A DNA stretch of 64,000 nucleotides from Candidatus Woesearchaeota archaeon (GTDB taxonomy: Archaea; Nanobdellota; Nanobdellia; SCGC-AAA011-G17; GW2011-AR18): NCBI GenBank assembly GCA_018302765.1, contig JAGVZG010000003.1, positions 35,969 through 99,968 of the forward strand. Direction: 5' to 3'. Position 1 is the first letter of the stretch. The number at the start of each line of letters is the position of its first letter. Shown piece after piece: positions 29,231 through 38,186 of this stretch. Below the pieces are notes generated by a model that was not told the DNA's origin, did no database searches, and worked only from the letters and a program-made list of their open reading frames with translations. The position numbers and the translations under genes are program-made.

Positions 29231-30010
29231 ATGAAAATTAAAGACCTAAAAAAATATTATTCAGAAAAAACATTAGAAGATTATAGAGTAGATTACTTAT
29301 ATCATAACATAACAGAAGTCATTAATCAGGTAATAAGGGTAAAAATAATAAAAGAATTTTTTGGAAAATACTTAAAGCCATCAAACAACAAAGTTCTTGA
29401 CTTAGGCTGTGGAAATGGAAATGATATTATAAATCTCAATAAGACCTACAGTAAAAAGATAACGAATTTTGTTGGTGTTGACTTAGGCAAAAAAACCATA
29501 GAGTCCTTAAATTCAATGAATATAAAAAACTGCAAATTTATTGTTGGTGATATAGAAAACTTAAATCTTGGTGAAAAATTTGACATTGTATTATCTAGTG
29601 AAGTTGCAGAACACTTAGCTAATTTTGAGGGTCACTTAGATACTATAAAAAAACATTTGACACCAGGTGGCTATTTAATACTATCAACACCAAATGAAAA
29701 ATATCTGATGAAAGATATTTACAAACTGCTAAGATATGTCTTTAAACCTAAATCAATTGAAAAAGTAAAAGAAAAGCATGTTGATGAAGAAGATGAGGAA
29801 CACATAAATGTAATGCCATATAATGTATTAAAAGAAAAACTAGAAGCTAAAGACTTTGAAATAATAGATAAAAAAAGAACAATGATTATGTTTGGAGCAG
29901 ACTATGCAGAGCCTTATTATGGCATAATTGCATTTATAGATAATATATTGCCTAAAAAAATCATGTATTTAGGAAATGGTGTAGTAATTGCAGCTAGAAT
30001 AAAAAAGTAA
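29231..30010 (+). CDS. Class I SAM-dependent methyltransferase
   Basis: VLDLGCGNG, FDIVLSSEVAEH, LTPGGYLILSTPN. Confidence 0.88.
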   Translation: MKIKDLKKYYSEKTLEDYRVDYLYHNITEVINQVIRVKIIKEFFGKYLKPSNNKVLDLGCGNGNDIINLNKTYSKKITNFVGVDLGKKTIESLNSMNIKNCKFIVGDIENLNLGEKFDIVLSSEVAEHLANFEGHLDTIKKHLTPGGYLILSTPNEKYLMKDIYKLLRYVFKPKSIEKVKEKHVDEEDEEHINVMPYNVLKEKLEAKDFEIIDKKRTMIMFGADYAEPYYGIIAFIDNILPKKIMYLGNGVVIAARIKK

Positions 30011-30036
30011 ATAAATATTTCTACTGTTTAATATGT

Positions 30037-31155
30037 ATGAAAATAACTTTTATAACGTCATTCTTTTATCCTATAGAAGGAGGGATGGAAAAACACGTTC
30101 AATACCTTGCTGAAGAATTAATTAAAAAAGGACATAAAGTAGAAGTTATAACATCTAATTTAAGCAGGGAAGGAAGAATTAACAAACCAGAAGAAATATA
30201 CAAAAAAATAAATATAAGAAGAGTTAAAGTATTATTCAAGATAGGTGACTTTGCATCATTCTTTCCAGGCGTATTCAATATTGTAAGAAAATCTAAGTCT
30301 GATATTATTCACATACACGCATATAGAAATCCACATAATGCAGCCTGCCTATTTACTAAAAAACCAACAGTTCTAACACCACACTGGCCAAATTATCCAG
30401 GACAAAGAAAAAAATGGCTGGAAATAGCAGCAAAGATATTTGACAAGACAATAGGAAAAATAATACTAAAAAGATTTAACAGAATACTGGCAGTAACAAA
30501 ACCGGAAATAGAATGGCTGGAAAAAGAACTCAACGTTCCTAATAAAAAAATTCGTTTATTACCTAATGGAATTCCAAAAGAACAATTGAAAAAAAGAGAC
30601 GAAAATAGATTCAGGCAAAAACATAGAATAAATAAAAATGAAATCATCGCAATGTACTTTGGTAGGCTTCATAAAAGCAAAGGTGTTGATCTTGTAGTTA
30701 GATCTGCACAATATTTCCCAAAAGTTAAATTTGTAATCATGGGAAATGGACCTGAGCTAAATAATCTAAAAAAACTAGCTAAAAATACTAAAAATATAAA
30801 ATTCATATATGGAAAGATAACAGATGAAGAAAAAATGGAGGCGTACAGTGCAGCCGATATTTTTATACATCCTAGCCATTATGATGCCTTTGGTATAACA
30901 GTACTGGAGGCATTCTCTCAAGGTTGTGCAGTTATAACATCTGACCAAGGAGGTCTACCCTGGGTTGTAGACAATGCAGGGCTAATATTTAAAGACAACA
31001 ATCTAGAAGACCTAAAAGATAAAATATCAGAATTAATACAAAATAAAAAATTAAGATTAGAACTTCAAAAAGAGGGAAGAGAAAGGGTTAAAGAATTCAC
31101 TTGGGATAAAATAGCAAAAGATCTGGAAAAAATCTACAAAGAATTATTAGATTAA
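30037..31155 (+). CDS. GT4 (GT-B) glycosyltransferase
   Basis: GGMEKH, FGRLHKSKG, PSHYDAFGITVLEA. Confidence 0.9.
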   Translation: MKITFITSFFYPIEGGMEKHVQYLAEELIKKGHKVEVITSNLSREGRINKPEEIYKKINIRRVKVLFKIGDFASFFPGVFNIVRKSKSDIIHIHAYRNPHNAACLFTKKPTVLTPHWPNYPGQRKKWLEIAAKIFDKTIGKIILKRFNRILAVTKPEIEWLEKELNVPNKKIRLLPNGIPKEQLKKRDENRFRQKHRINKNEIIAMYFGRLHKSKGVDLVVRSAQYFPKVKFVIMGNGPELNNLKKLAKNTKNIKFIYGKITDEEKMEAYSAADIFIHPSHYDAFGITVLEAFSQGCAVITSDQGGLPWVVDNAGLIFKDNNLEDLKDKISELIQNKKLRLELQKEGRERVKEFTWDKIAKDLEKIYKELLD

Positions 31156-32229
31156 TTTCTCATAAACATTCCAAGTTCCCTGAGCGCATTTCTTCCATGT
31201 GAATCTTTGCGCATTCTTCAATCCTTTTTTTACAAGACTATCTCTAAGTTTCTTATCATCTAAAACATTTTTCACTTTCGCATATAAATCATCAACACTA
31301 GTAGGGTTTACTAATAAAGCAGCATCTCCAAGAACTTCAGCTAATGAAGTAGCATTAGAACTTACAACAGGACAGCCTGAAGCCATTGCTTCTATAGGAG
31401 GCAGACCAAAACCCTCATAAGAAGATGGAAAAACAAAAACATCTGCAGCGTTGTACCAATCTGCCAAAACTTTCTCATCTACAAAAGAAAATAACTTAAC
31501 ATGATCTCTAAGACCAAGCTTATTAATTAAGTCCAAAGTTCCTTGTGTATTATAACCAATCCTGACAAACAACAAATTATTATAGTGCCTTCTGAGTTTA
31601 TCAAAAGCACCTATAATAACTGGAATATTCTTTCTAGGTTCATCAACAGTTACATGTAAAATAATTAATTTGTTATTAACTCCTAACTTTTTTCTTATAC
31701 TATTTTTATTTCTAGGATAAAACACATCGTGAGAAATTCCGTTATAAACTACATGTATTTTGTTCTCTTTAATACCTAAATACTTAATAATATCCTTTTT
31801 GGTATTTTCAGATATTGCTATTATCTTATCTGCATTCCTGCTGTACCTTATTATTCTTCTGAAAACAATATTTCTAAAAGAATTCTTGACAACATTAGTA
31901 AATGGAACCAAATCATGTATCGTAACAATAGTCTTTTTTGACTTATCCAAGTGCTTCATATACATGGAAGTCCCTTGATTGGTAAAATGATATAAATTAT
32001 AATACTTAGGAATTTTCCTTGGATAATAAAAATAATCATTAAACAACTGCCTGAAAACAGGAAGTCTCATAGGCCATATCTTCTTGACATTAGGATCATT
32101 AAAAGTCAGGTCATCATAATGTGTATAAAATAAATCAACATCTTTTTTTTTCATTGATTTAAATTCCTTCAAAATCTTAAAAGCATATTCCCTACTCGGA
32201 TTAAAAGAATTGAACATTGCTACTTTCAT
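31147..32229 (-). CDS. GT4 glycosyltransferase (WbdM/MtfB-like)
   Basis: [32 protein letters not shown]. Confidence 0.92.
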   Translation of the reverse strand: MKVAMFNSFNPSREYAFKILKEFKSMKKKDVDLFYTHYDDLTFNDPNVKKIWPMRLPVFRQLFNDYFYYPRKIPKYYNLYHFTNQGTSMYMKHLDKSKKTIVTIHDLVPFTNVVKNSFRNIVFRRIIRYSRNADKIIAISENTKKDIIKYLGIKENKIHVVYNGISHDVFYPRNKNSIRKKLGVNNKLIILHVTVDEPRKNIPVIIGAFDKLRRHYNNLLFVRIGYNTQGTLDLINKLGLRDHVKLFSFVDEKVLADWYNAADVFVFPSSYEGFGLPPIEAMASGCPVVSSNATSLAEVLGDAALLVNPTSVDDLYAKVKNVLDDKKLRDSLVKKGLKNAQRFTWKKCAQGTWNVYEKLI

Positions 32230-32280
32230 AACACAACTTAAAATAATAACTTATATAAAAGTTATGAATAAACAAAAAAT

Positions 32281-33447
32281 ATGAAAATTGGATTTGTTGT
32301 AACTTATTTTTATCCATTCAAAGATGGCACTGAAAATAATTGTTTATACCTAGCCAGAGAGTTAGCTAAAAAGCATGAAGTTCATATTTTTACATCTGAC
32401 AGAAGAGAAGGAGTAGTTGTAGAAAATAAAGAGGAAGAATTTCAAGGCTTGCATATTCATAGATGCAGAACAATATTCAGATATAGATATTACATGGTAT
32501 TTGATATTGATTTCATTCCAAAGATAATGAAATACAAATTTGATATACTTCATGTTCATAGTATTGGTTTTCTACAGCAAGATATCGCAGTTGTATTAAA
32601 AAAGATATTTACGAACACAAAAATAGTTAACACACCACACGGCCCTTTCTTGGCAAATGAAAATTACTCCATTCCTATAAAGATTGCAAGAACAATATAC
32701 AAGTTAATAGAATACCCAATAAATCATTTCTTTTATGATGCTTCTATAGATGTCAATTCTACACAAAAAATTTGGATGGTAGAATACGGTTTTAAAGAAA
32801 ATAAAATAAAATTTAATCCTGATGGTGTGCCTAAAGACAGGCTTAGAAAAATAGAAAACAAAGAATTCATAAAAAAATATAATCTAAAAAACAAATTTGT
32901 AATTTCATCATTAGGGAGACTATTGCCATACAAAGGTTTTGATCAGATTATAAAAGCCCTACCATCAATAACAAAAAAGCATCCAAATGTTTTATATTTA
33001 TGCATGGGTGACGACAGGGGGGATCTAAAAAGACTAAAATCTCTGGTAAAAGAAAACAAAGTTGAAAAATATATTTTATTCTTAGGTGAAGTTTCAGAAG
33101 ATGATAAATTAAAAGCCTTGGATGCATCAGAAATATTTCTATTTCCAAGCGAGCCAGGAACAGAAGCATTTGGCATAGTAACACTTGAAGCCATGCTCAG
33201 GAAAAATGCAGTAGTTGCAAGTAATACTGAAGGAAGTTTATTTTTAATAGAAAAAGACAACGGCTTTATATTTAATTATGGAAATACAGAAAAATTAGCA
33301 GAGTATGTAAATCTGCTAATTGAAAATGAAAAATTAAGAAAAAGTATGCAAGAAACAAACTATAATAAAGCTAAAAATTACATAAATGAAAACATAGCTT
33401 GGGATCCACTAGAAAAAATTTACTTAGAAGTCCTAAACAAAAAATAA
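32281..33447 (+). CDS. GT4 glycosyltransferase
   Basis: LGRLLPYKG, EAFGIVTLEAM. Confidence 0.9.
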   Translation: MKIGFVVTYFYPFKDGTENNCLYLARELAKKHEVHIFTSDRREGVVVENKEEEFQGLHIHRCRTIFRYRYYMVFDIDFIPKIMKYKFDILHVHSIGFLQQDIAVVLKKIFTNTKIVNTPHGPFLANENYSIPIKIARTIYKLIEYPINHFFYDASIDVNSTQKIWMVEYGFKENKIKFNPDGVPKDRLRKIENKEFIKKYNLKNKFVISSLGRLLPYKGFDQIIKALPSITKKHPNVLYLCMGDDRGDLKRLKSLVKENKVEKYILFLGEVSEDDKLKALDASEIFLFPSEPGTEAFGIVTLEAMLRKNAVVASNTEGSLFLIEKDNGFIFNYGNTEKLAEYVNLLIENEKLRKSMQETNYNKAKNYINENIAWDPLEKIYLEVLNKK

Positions 33448-33813
33448 TTATTTGTAACTATGATTAACAGAAGCAATACACTCATTGCAGTTCTTTTCAA
33501 CACAGCCTTTGTAAGTAAGCTTGTTCTTTACACTCCATTGCTTAACAGTATTAAATATTAACATTAAATCATTTCCTTTTTCTGTCATAGAATATCGAAC
33601 ATTAATTGGTTTTTCCTTAATCACTTGCCTAGAAACAAGGCCTTTATTTACAAGTTCACGCAGCCTATATGATAAAATCCTGTTTGTTGATACTTTTAAT
33701 TTCTTGTTAAGCTGGTTAAAATTAAGTACTTTATTAAAATATAATTCCTGCATGATTAAGATTGTCCATTTTTTGCCCAATAAATTCTGAATTTGAAATA
33801 ATTCACATGTCAT
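33448..33813 (-). CDS. HxlR/DUF24 (MarR-like winged helix) transcriptional regulator
   Basis: C...LLGKKWT, FNQL, LSYRLRELVNKGLV.R, VRYSMTEKG; N-terminal Cys and C-terminal CxxxxCxxC. Confidence 0.88.
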   Translation of the reverse strand: MTCELFQIQNLLGKKWTILIMQELYFNKVLNFNQLNKKLKVSTNRILSYRLRELVNKGLVSRQVIKEKPINVRYSMTEKGNDLMLIFNTVKQWSVKNKLTYKGCVEKNCNECIASVNHSYK

Positions 33814-33833
33814 AAGTATAAAAAAGTATACTT
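33814..33833. promoter_or_regulatory. Palindromic operator candidate AAGTATA-N6-TATACTT
   Basis: Perfect 7-bp inverted repeat abutting the HxlR start codon in the divergent intergenic region. Confidence 0.55.
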
Positions 33834-33870
33834 AATTTATAAATATTGCTTATTACCGTTTGCTTTCTAT

Positions 33871-35382
33871 ATGGAAAAAGGATTAAGTGTTTTAAGAGAA
33901 GTTCCTCAGTGCAAAGTACCAATAACTCCAGAATTGGAAAAATTGCTTCATCCAGATCTATTTATGAAAGAACCAATATTTACAAGAAGATTAACGCCTC
34001 CAGAAGAAGGAGAAAAAGTCTATGCATTAACTCCAGAAGATATAAAGGGTATAAGAAACTTAAGAGGTTCTGTTGTTGATCTGCATCCAGGAATGGGTGG
34101 TGTAGCTCCAGAAAGAATCATTGGTATGATAGAAAGTGGAACTAAACTAACATCCCTAGATTTCATGCTGACTAAAAATTGTAATTTTGCGTGCACATGG
34201 TGTTTTGCTTCATCTGGTCCAGAACAAAGAGAATACTTGCCATTTAGAATTCTAGAATCAACTACAAAAGAAGCTGTTGAACTTGGCGCAACACTTTTTG
34301 TGCTTACAGGCGGTGAGCCGCTAATGTATAAAGATAAAGAATTAGGATCTCAAAGAAGCAGAGGAGATCATTTCTTTAGAGTTGTTGAAATGATAAGAAA
34401 AACTGGAAGGCCTTATGGAAAAGAAATTAAAATTTTAACTTTTGATGATGTAGCATTAATAACTCCAGAAATAGCAAACAGATTTGCTGAGAATGAAGTA
34501 GGTTTGTGTACAAAAGGAGATACATTAGAAGCAGAATTACAAGACTACAAAGTAAATCAAACTAGGGCATTTGATAAAATGCAGCAAGGTTACAGAAATC
34601 TAATTAACGTTGGTTATGGAAAAACTAAAAAACTTAGACTTGTAGTTAATTCTGTATTAGATCATACAACATTTGATGGAATGCTTGATCTACATATTTG
34701 GGTAACAGATAGAGGTTTTGATCATTCTATTGTTCCAGTACATTATTGCGGAAATGCAGAAAATGAAGACCAAGAAGCAGGTATACATTCCCCTCATGTT
34801 AAAGTATTATATGATCTAATTGCAAGAGTAGATGAAAAATTATATGATATAAAATGGAAGCCATGGGCAGCATTTACTTATAATAAAACATGTAACAGAA
34901 ACAGATCTGGTCTTCATATAAGAGCAAATGGTGATGTAACAGCCTGTTCAGAATCTCCAGGTAGAGAAGCAACAGATCGATATACTTTTGGAAACGTATT
35001 AGAAAGTGGATTTTCCTTAAAAGACCTTGTTGATAGTGAAAGATTAAGAAAATATAGAAAAGAATTTGCACAAGGCCATGGTACATATGTTTGCTCGCCT
35101 GATGTCTGTGACTTATATGCTAACAACCTATGTCAAGGTGGATGCGCTACAAGATCAGCATACTCAAGAGTAGACTACAATACTGGATTAATAACAAAAA
35201 ATGATGATCCTCATAGTTATAGTGAACACAGAGAAGATCCTCTTTGCCCAGCATGGACTGTATTAGCTATAAAACAAGGAATACTCAGAGAAGGTTTATT
35301 GGAAGAAATACACAATAGGATACTAAGAAAAAGCAAAAGAATTGATCCTAAAGAATTTCCCTTTGAAGCCTTAAATTACTGA
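33871..35382 (+). CDS. Radical SAM protein with SPASM/twitch-like C-terminal Cys domain
   Basis: CNFACTWC (CxxxCxxC), TGGEPL; C-terminal C...GDVTAC...GNV...CxxxxCxxxxxxxCxGGC...C. Confidence 0.88.
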   Translation: MEKGLSVLREVPQCKVPITPELEKLLHPDLFMKEPIFTRRLTPPEEGEKVYALTPEDIKGIRNLRGSVVDLHPGMGGVAPERIIGMIESGTKLTSLDFMLTKNCNFACTWCFASSGPEQREYLPFRILESTTKEAVELGATLFVLTGGEPLMYKDKELGSQRSRGDHFFRVVEMIRKTGRPYGKEIKILTFDDVALITPEIANRFAENEVGLCTKGDTLEAELQDYKVNQTRAFDKMQQGYRNLINVGYGKTKKLRLVVNSVLDHTTFDGMLDLHIWVTDRGFDHSIVPVHYCGNAENEDQEAGIHSPHVKVLYDLIARVDEKLYDIKWKPWAAFTYNKTCNRNRSGLHIRANGDVTACSESPGREATDRYTFGNVLESGFSLKDLVDSERLRKYRKEFAQGHGTYVCSPDVCDLYANNLCQGGCATRSAYSRVDYNTGLITKNDDPHSYSEHREDPLCPAWTVLAIKQGILREGLLEEIHNRILRKSKRIDPKEFPFEALNY

Positions 35383-35548
35383 AATCCTACAAAAACAATA
35401 TACTAATAGGTAGTAAAAATAAAAAAGACCAAAAGTTCACAAATTTTATAAGCCATTCTTTTACATTTAAATGTAGAAAATTACTGTTTTTAGATAAATA
35501 AGGCATAATAAAAGAAGCAAATCAAAAACAATAGTTAATTGAAATAAA

Positions 35549-36250
35549 ATGAAACTATTTATCAATACTGGTGGAAAAGGAACAAGATTGTATCCATTAA
35601 CAAAAGATATACCAAAACCAATGGTAAATATATGTGGAAAACCAATACTACACTATCTAGTAGACTGGGCCAAAAATAATAACATAAAAGAAATTATTAT
35701 GATGAATGGTTATAAAGCAGAAAAAGTAATAGAATACTTCAAAGACGGAAAAGAATTTGAAATTGATATAAAACATTCAAATGAACCACAGCCATTAGGA
35801 AGTGGGGGTGCAATAAAATTTGCAAAAAATTACATTGATGAAACATTTGTTTATATATCTGGCGACTTATTATGCGACATAGACTTAAAAAAAATCATAA
35901 AATTTCATAAAGAAAACAAAGGAGATATGACAATAACTTTATTTCAAACAGACCACCCACATGACTCAGACATAATTAAAATAGATAAAAACAATAAAGT
36001 AATAAAATTTATATCAAAACATGATAACCATGCAGGAGCAGGTAATCTATCTAACTCAGGATTATGCATAATAGAACCAAAAATAATAGAGTTAATGGAT
36101 AAAGAAATATTCACATTTGAAACAGAAATATATCCTAAAGCCATAGAGAAGAATCTAAGAATATTAGGTTACGTAACAAATGAATTTATAGAAGACATGG
36201 GAACACCAGAACGTTTTAAAAAATGCGAGGAATACTTTAAATCAAAATGA
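35549..36250 (+). CDS. Sugar-1-phosphate nucleotidyltransferase (HddC-like heptose-1-P guanylyltransferase)
   Basis: GGKGTRLYPLTKDIPKPM, EPQPLGSGGA, SGD, DMGTPE; operon with GmhA/HddA homologs. Confidence 0.8.
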   Translation: MKLFINTGGKGTRLYPLTKDIPKPMVNICGKPILHYLVDWAKNNNIKEIIMMNGYKAEKVIEYFKDGKEFEIDIKHSNEPQPLGSGGAIKFAKNYIDETFVYISGDLLCDIDLKKIIKFHKENKGDMTITLFQTDHPHDSDIIKIDKNNKVIKFISKHDNHAGAGNLSNSGLCIIEPKIIELMDKEIFTFETEIYPKAIEKNLRILGYVTNEFIEDMGTPERFKKCEEYFKSK

Positions 36251-37188
36251 GAATATTAGTTACAGGTGCAGGCGGAATGATGGGATGTCATATTCTAGAT
36301 TTTCTTACAGAAAAAAACCATGACGTATTAGGCATAGACTTTGTTCCAACAACAGATATAAGAGAATTAAATAAAAAAGCAGTTTACATGGAGTGCGATA
36401 TTAGAGATAGAAACAAGTTAACAAATATAATAAACCTATTCAAACCAGAAGCAATATGTCACCTAGCTGCACAGAGTTATCCTACAGTATCTTGGGATAG
36501 GCCTGAATTTACTATGGAAGTAAATGTTATAGGTACAATAAACCTCTTTGAATCTGTAAAAGAATTAAAATTAGATCCAGTGATATTAAACGCCTGCTCA
36601 AGTGCTGAATACGGTTATATTGATGAAAAAGAAGTTCCTGTAAAAGAATCTAGAGAATTAAAACCTTTACATCCATATGGTGTAAGCAAAGTTTCGCAAG
36701 AATTATTAGCTTATCAGTACTTTCAAAACTTCAAAATTAGGAGTATATCAGCAAGGATATTTAATACAACTGGTCCTAAAAAAATTAATGATGTTTGTTC
36801 AGATTTTACAAAACAAATTGTTATGATAGAAAAAGGATTGCAAAAACCAGTAATGCATGTAGGAAACCTAAACACAAGAAGAGCAATCACTGATGTAAGA
36901 GATATGATAAATGCATTCTGGCTGTTATTAGAAAAAGGAAAATATGGAGAAGCATATAATATAAGCGGAAGCAAAGCATATCTAATCAAAGACATACTAG
37001 AAATACTAAAATCATTGACAAATGTAAAATTTGAGATTTATCAAGATCCAAAATTAATGAGACCAACAGATGAACCAATAATTTATGGAGATTCATCAAA
37101 AATAAAAGCAGATACAGGTTGGGAGCAAAAAATACCCATAGAAAAAACACTAAAAGATATGCTTGAATATTGGAGGAAGAAATTATGA
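36247..37188 (+). CDS. GDP-sugar 4,6-dehydratase/reductase (Gmd/Rmd/WcbK-like)
   Basis: TGAGGMMG, HLAAQSYPTVSW, SSAEYG, PYGVSK, GNLNTRRAITDVRD, RPTD. Confidence 0.85.
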   Translation: MRILVTGAGGMMGCHILDFLTEKNHDVLGIDFVPTTDIRELNKKAVYMECDIRDRNKLTNIINLFKPEAICHLAAQSYPTVSWDRPEFTMEVNVIGTINLFESVKELKLDPVILNACSSAEYGYIDEKEVPVKESRELKPLHPYGVSKVSQELLAYQYFQNFKIRSISARIFNTTGPKKINDVCSDFTKQIVMIEKGLQKPVMHVGNLNTRRAITDVRDMINAFWLLLEKGKYGEAYNISGSKAYLIKDILEILKSLTNVKFEIYQDPKLMRPTDEPIIYGDSSKIKADTGWEQKIPIEKTLKDMLEYWRKKL

Positions 37189-38186
37189 CTATTATAAGAA
37201 GTAGGTCACCCCATAGGATAGAATTTTGTGGTGGTGGGACAGACGTACCTGAATACTATAAAAAAAATGGGGGCTTTGTAATAAATGCAGCAATTAACAA
37301 ATATTCATATGTAAGCCTTCACCCATATGATGAAGGTATAAAAATTACTTTAGAAAACAAAAATACTGTAGAATTTCCAAATTTAAAGAGTATAAAATTT
37401 GAAGGGGATTTTGATTTAGTAAAGGCTATAATAAAAAAATTGCAAATAAATAACAAGGAAATATTCCTAAGAAATGATATCTTACCAAGCAGTGGATTAG
37501 GGACAAATGCGGCAATTGCAACAGCAGTTATAGGAGTAATATACAAATTAAGAGAACAAACATTAGACAAAAAAGAAATAGCAGAAGCCGCTTATGAAAT
37601 AGCCTCAAAAGAATTAGGAATTTATGGAGGAAAACAAAACCAATATTCTTCAGCATTTGGAGGAATAAATTCAATAGAATTCAAAAAAGATGGAGAAGTA
37701 ATAGTAACACCTCTAAAAATTAGCAAAAACACATTAAGAGAACTGGAAAAGCACCTAGTCTTAGTTTATGTAGGAAAAAGAATAAACCCAAATGAAATAC
37801 TAAAAAAACAAGAAAAAGAAAGTCTGCAAAATAATAAATTAGAAGATCTAGATAAACTAAAATATATTGCAATGGAAATGAAAGATGTTCTGGAAAGTGG
37901 AGACACAATAAAATTTGGAAAACTAATGGATAAAGCATGGAACATAAAAAAAGTATTTAATCCGAATATTTCAACACAATATATAGAACACATATATGAA
38001 ATAGCAAAAAAAAATGGAGCAATAGGTGGAATGATAAATGGTGCTGGTGGGGGTGGTCATATACTATTTTACGCTGAACCAAATAAAGAACCGCTGCTTG
38101 TAAGAAAACTTCAAGAAAATGGAGCAAGAGTTTTAGATTTTAGTTTTGACTTGGAAGGCCTAGACGTGTGGGATACTACAAAATGA
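37185..38186 (+). CDS. GHMP kinase, HddA-like (D-glycero-D-manno-heptose-7-P kinase family), divergent active site
   Basis: RIEFCGGGTDV, SSGLG, GGKQNQY, GAGGGG; ATGA overlap with the upstream gene. Confidence 0.8.
   Translation: MTIIRSRSPHRIEFCGGGTDVPEYYKKNGGFVINAAINKYSYVSLHPYDEGIKITLENKNTVEFPNLKSIKFEGDFDLVKAIIKKLQINNKEIFLRNDILPSSGLGTNAAIATAVIGVIYKLREQTLDKKEIAEAAYEIASKELGIYGGKQNQYSSAFGGINSIEFKKDGEVIVTPLKISKNTLRELEKHLVLVYVGKRINPNEILKKQEKESLQNNKLEDLDKLKYIAMEMKDVLESGDTIKFGKLMDKAWNIKKVFNPNISTQYIEHIYEIAKKNGAIGGMINGAGGGGHILFYAEPNKEPLLVRKLQENGARVLDFSFDLEGLDVWDTTK

Noticed and set aside
35383-35548. RiPP precursor peptide downstream of the radical SAM/SPASM gene
   Set aside because: AT-rich intergenic sequence with no credible small ORF; it contains a promoter-like motif instead
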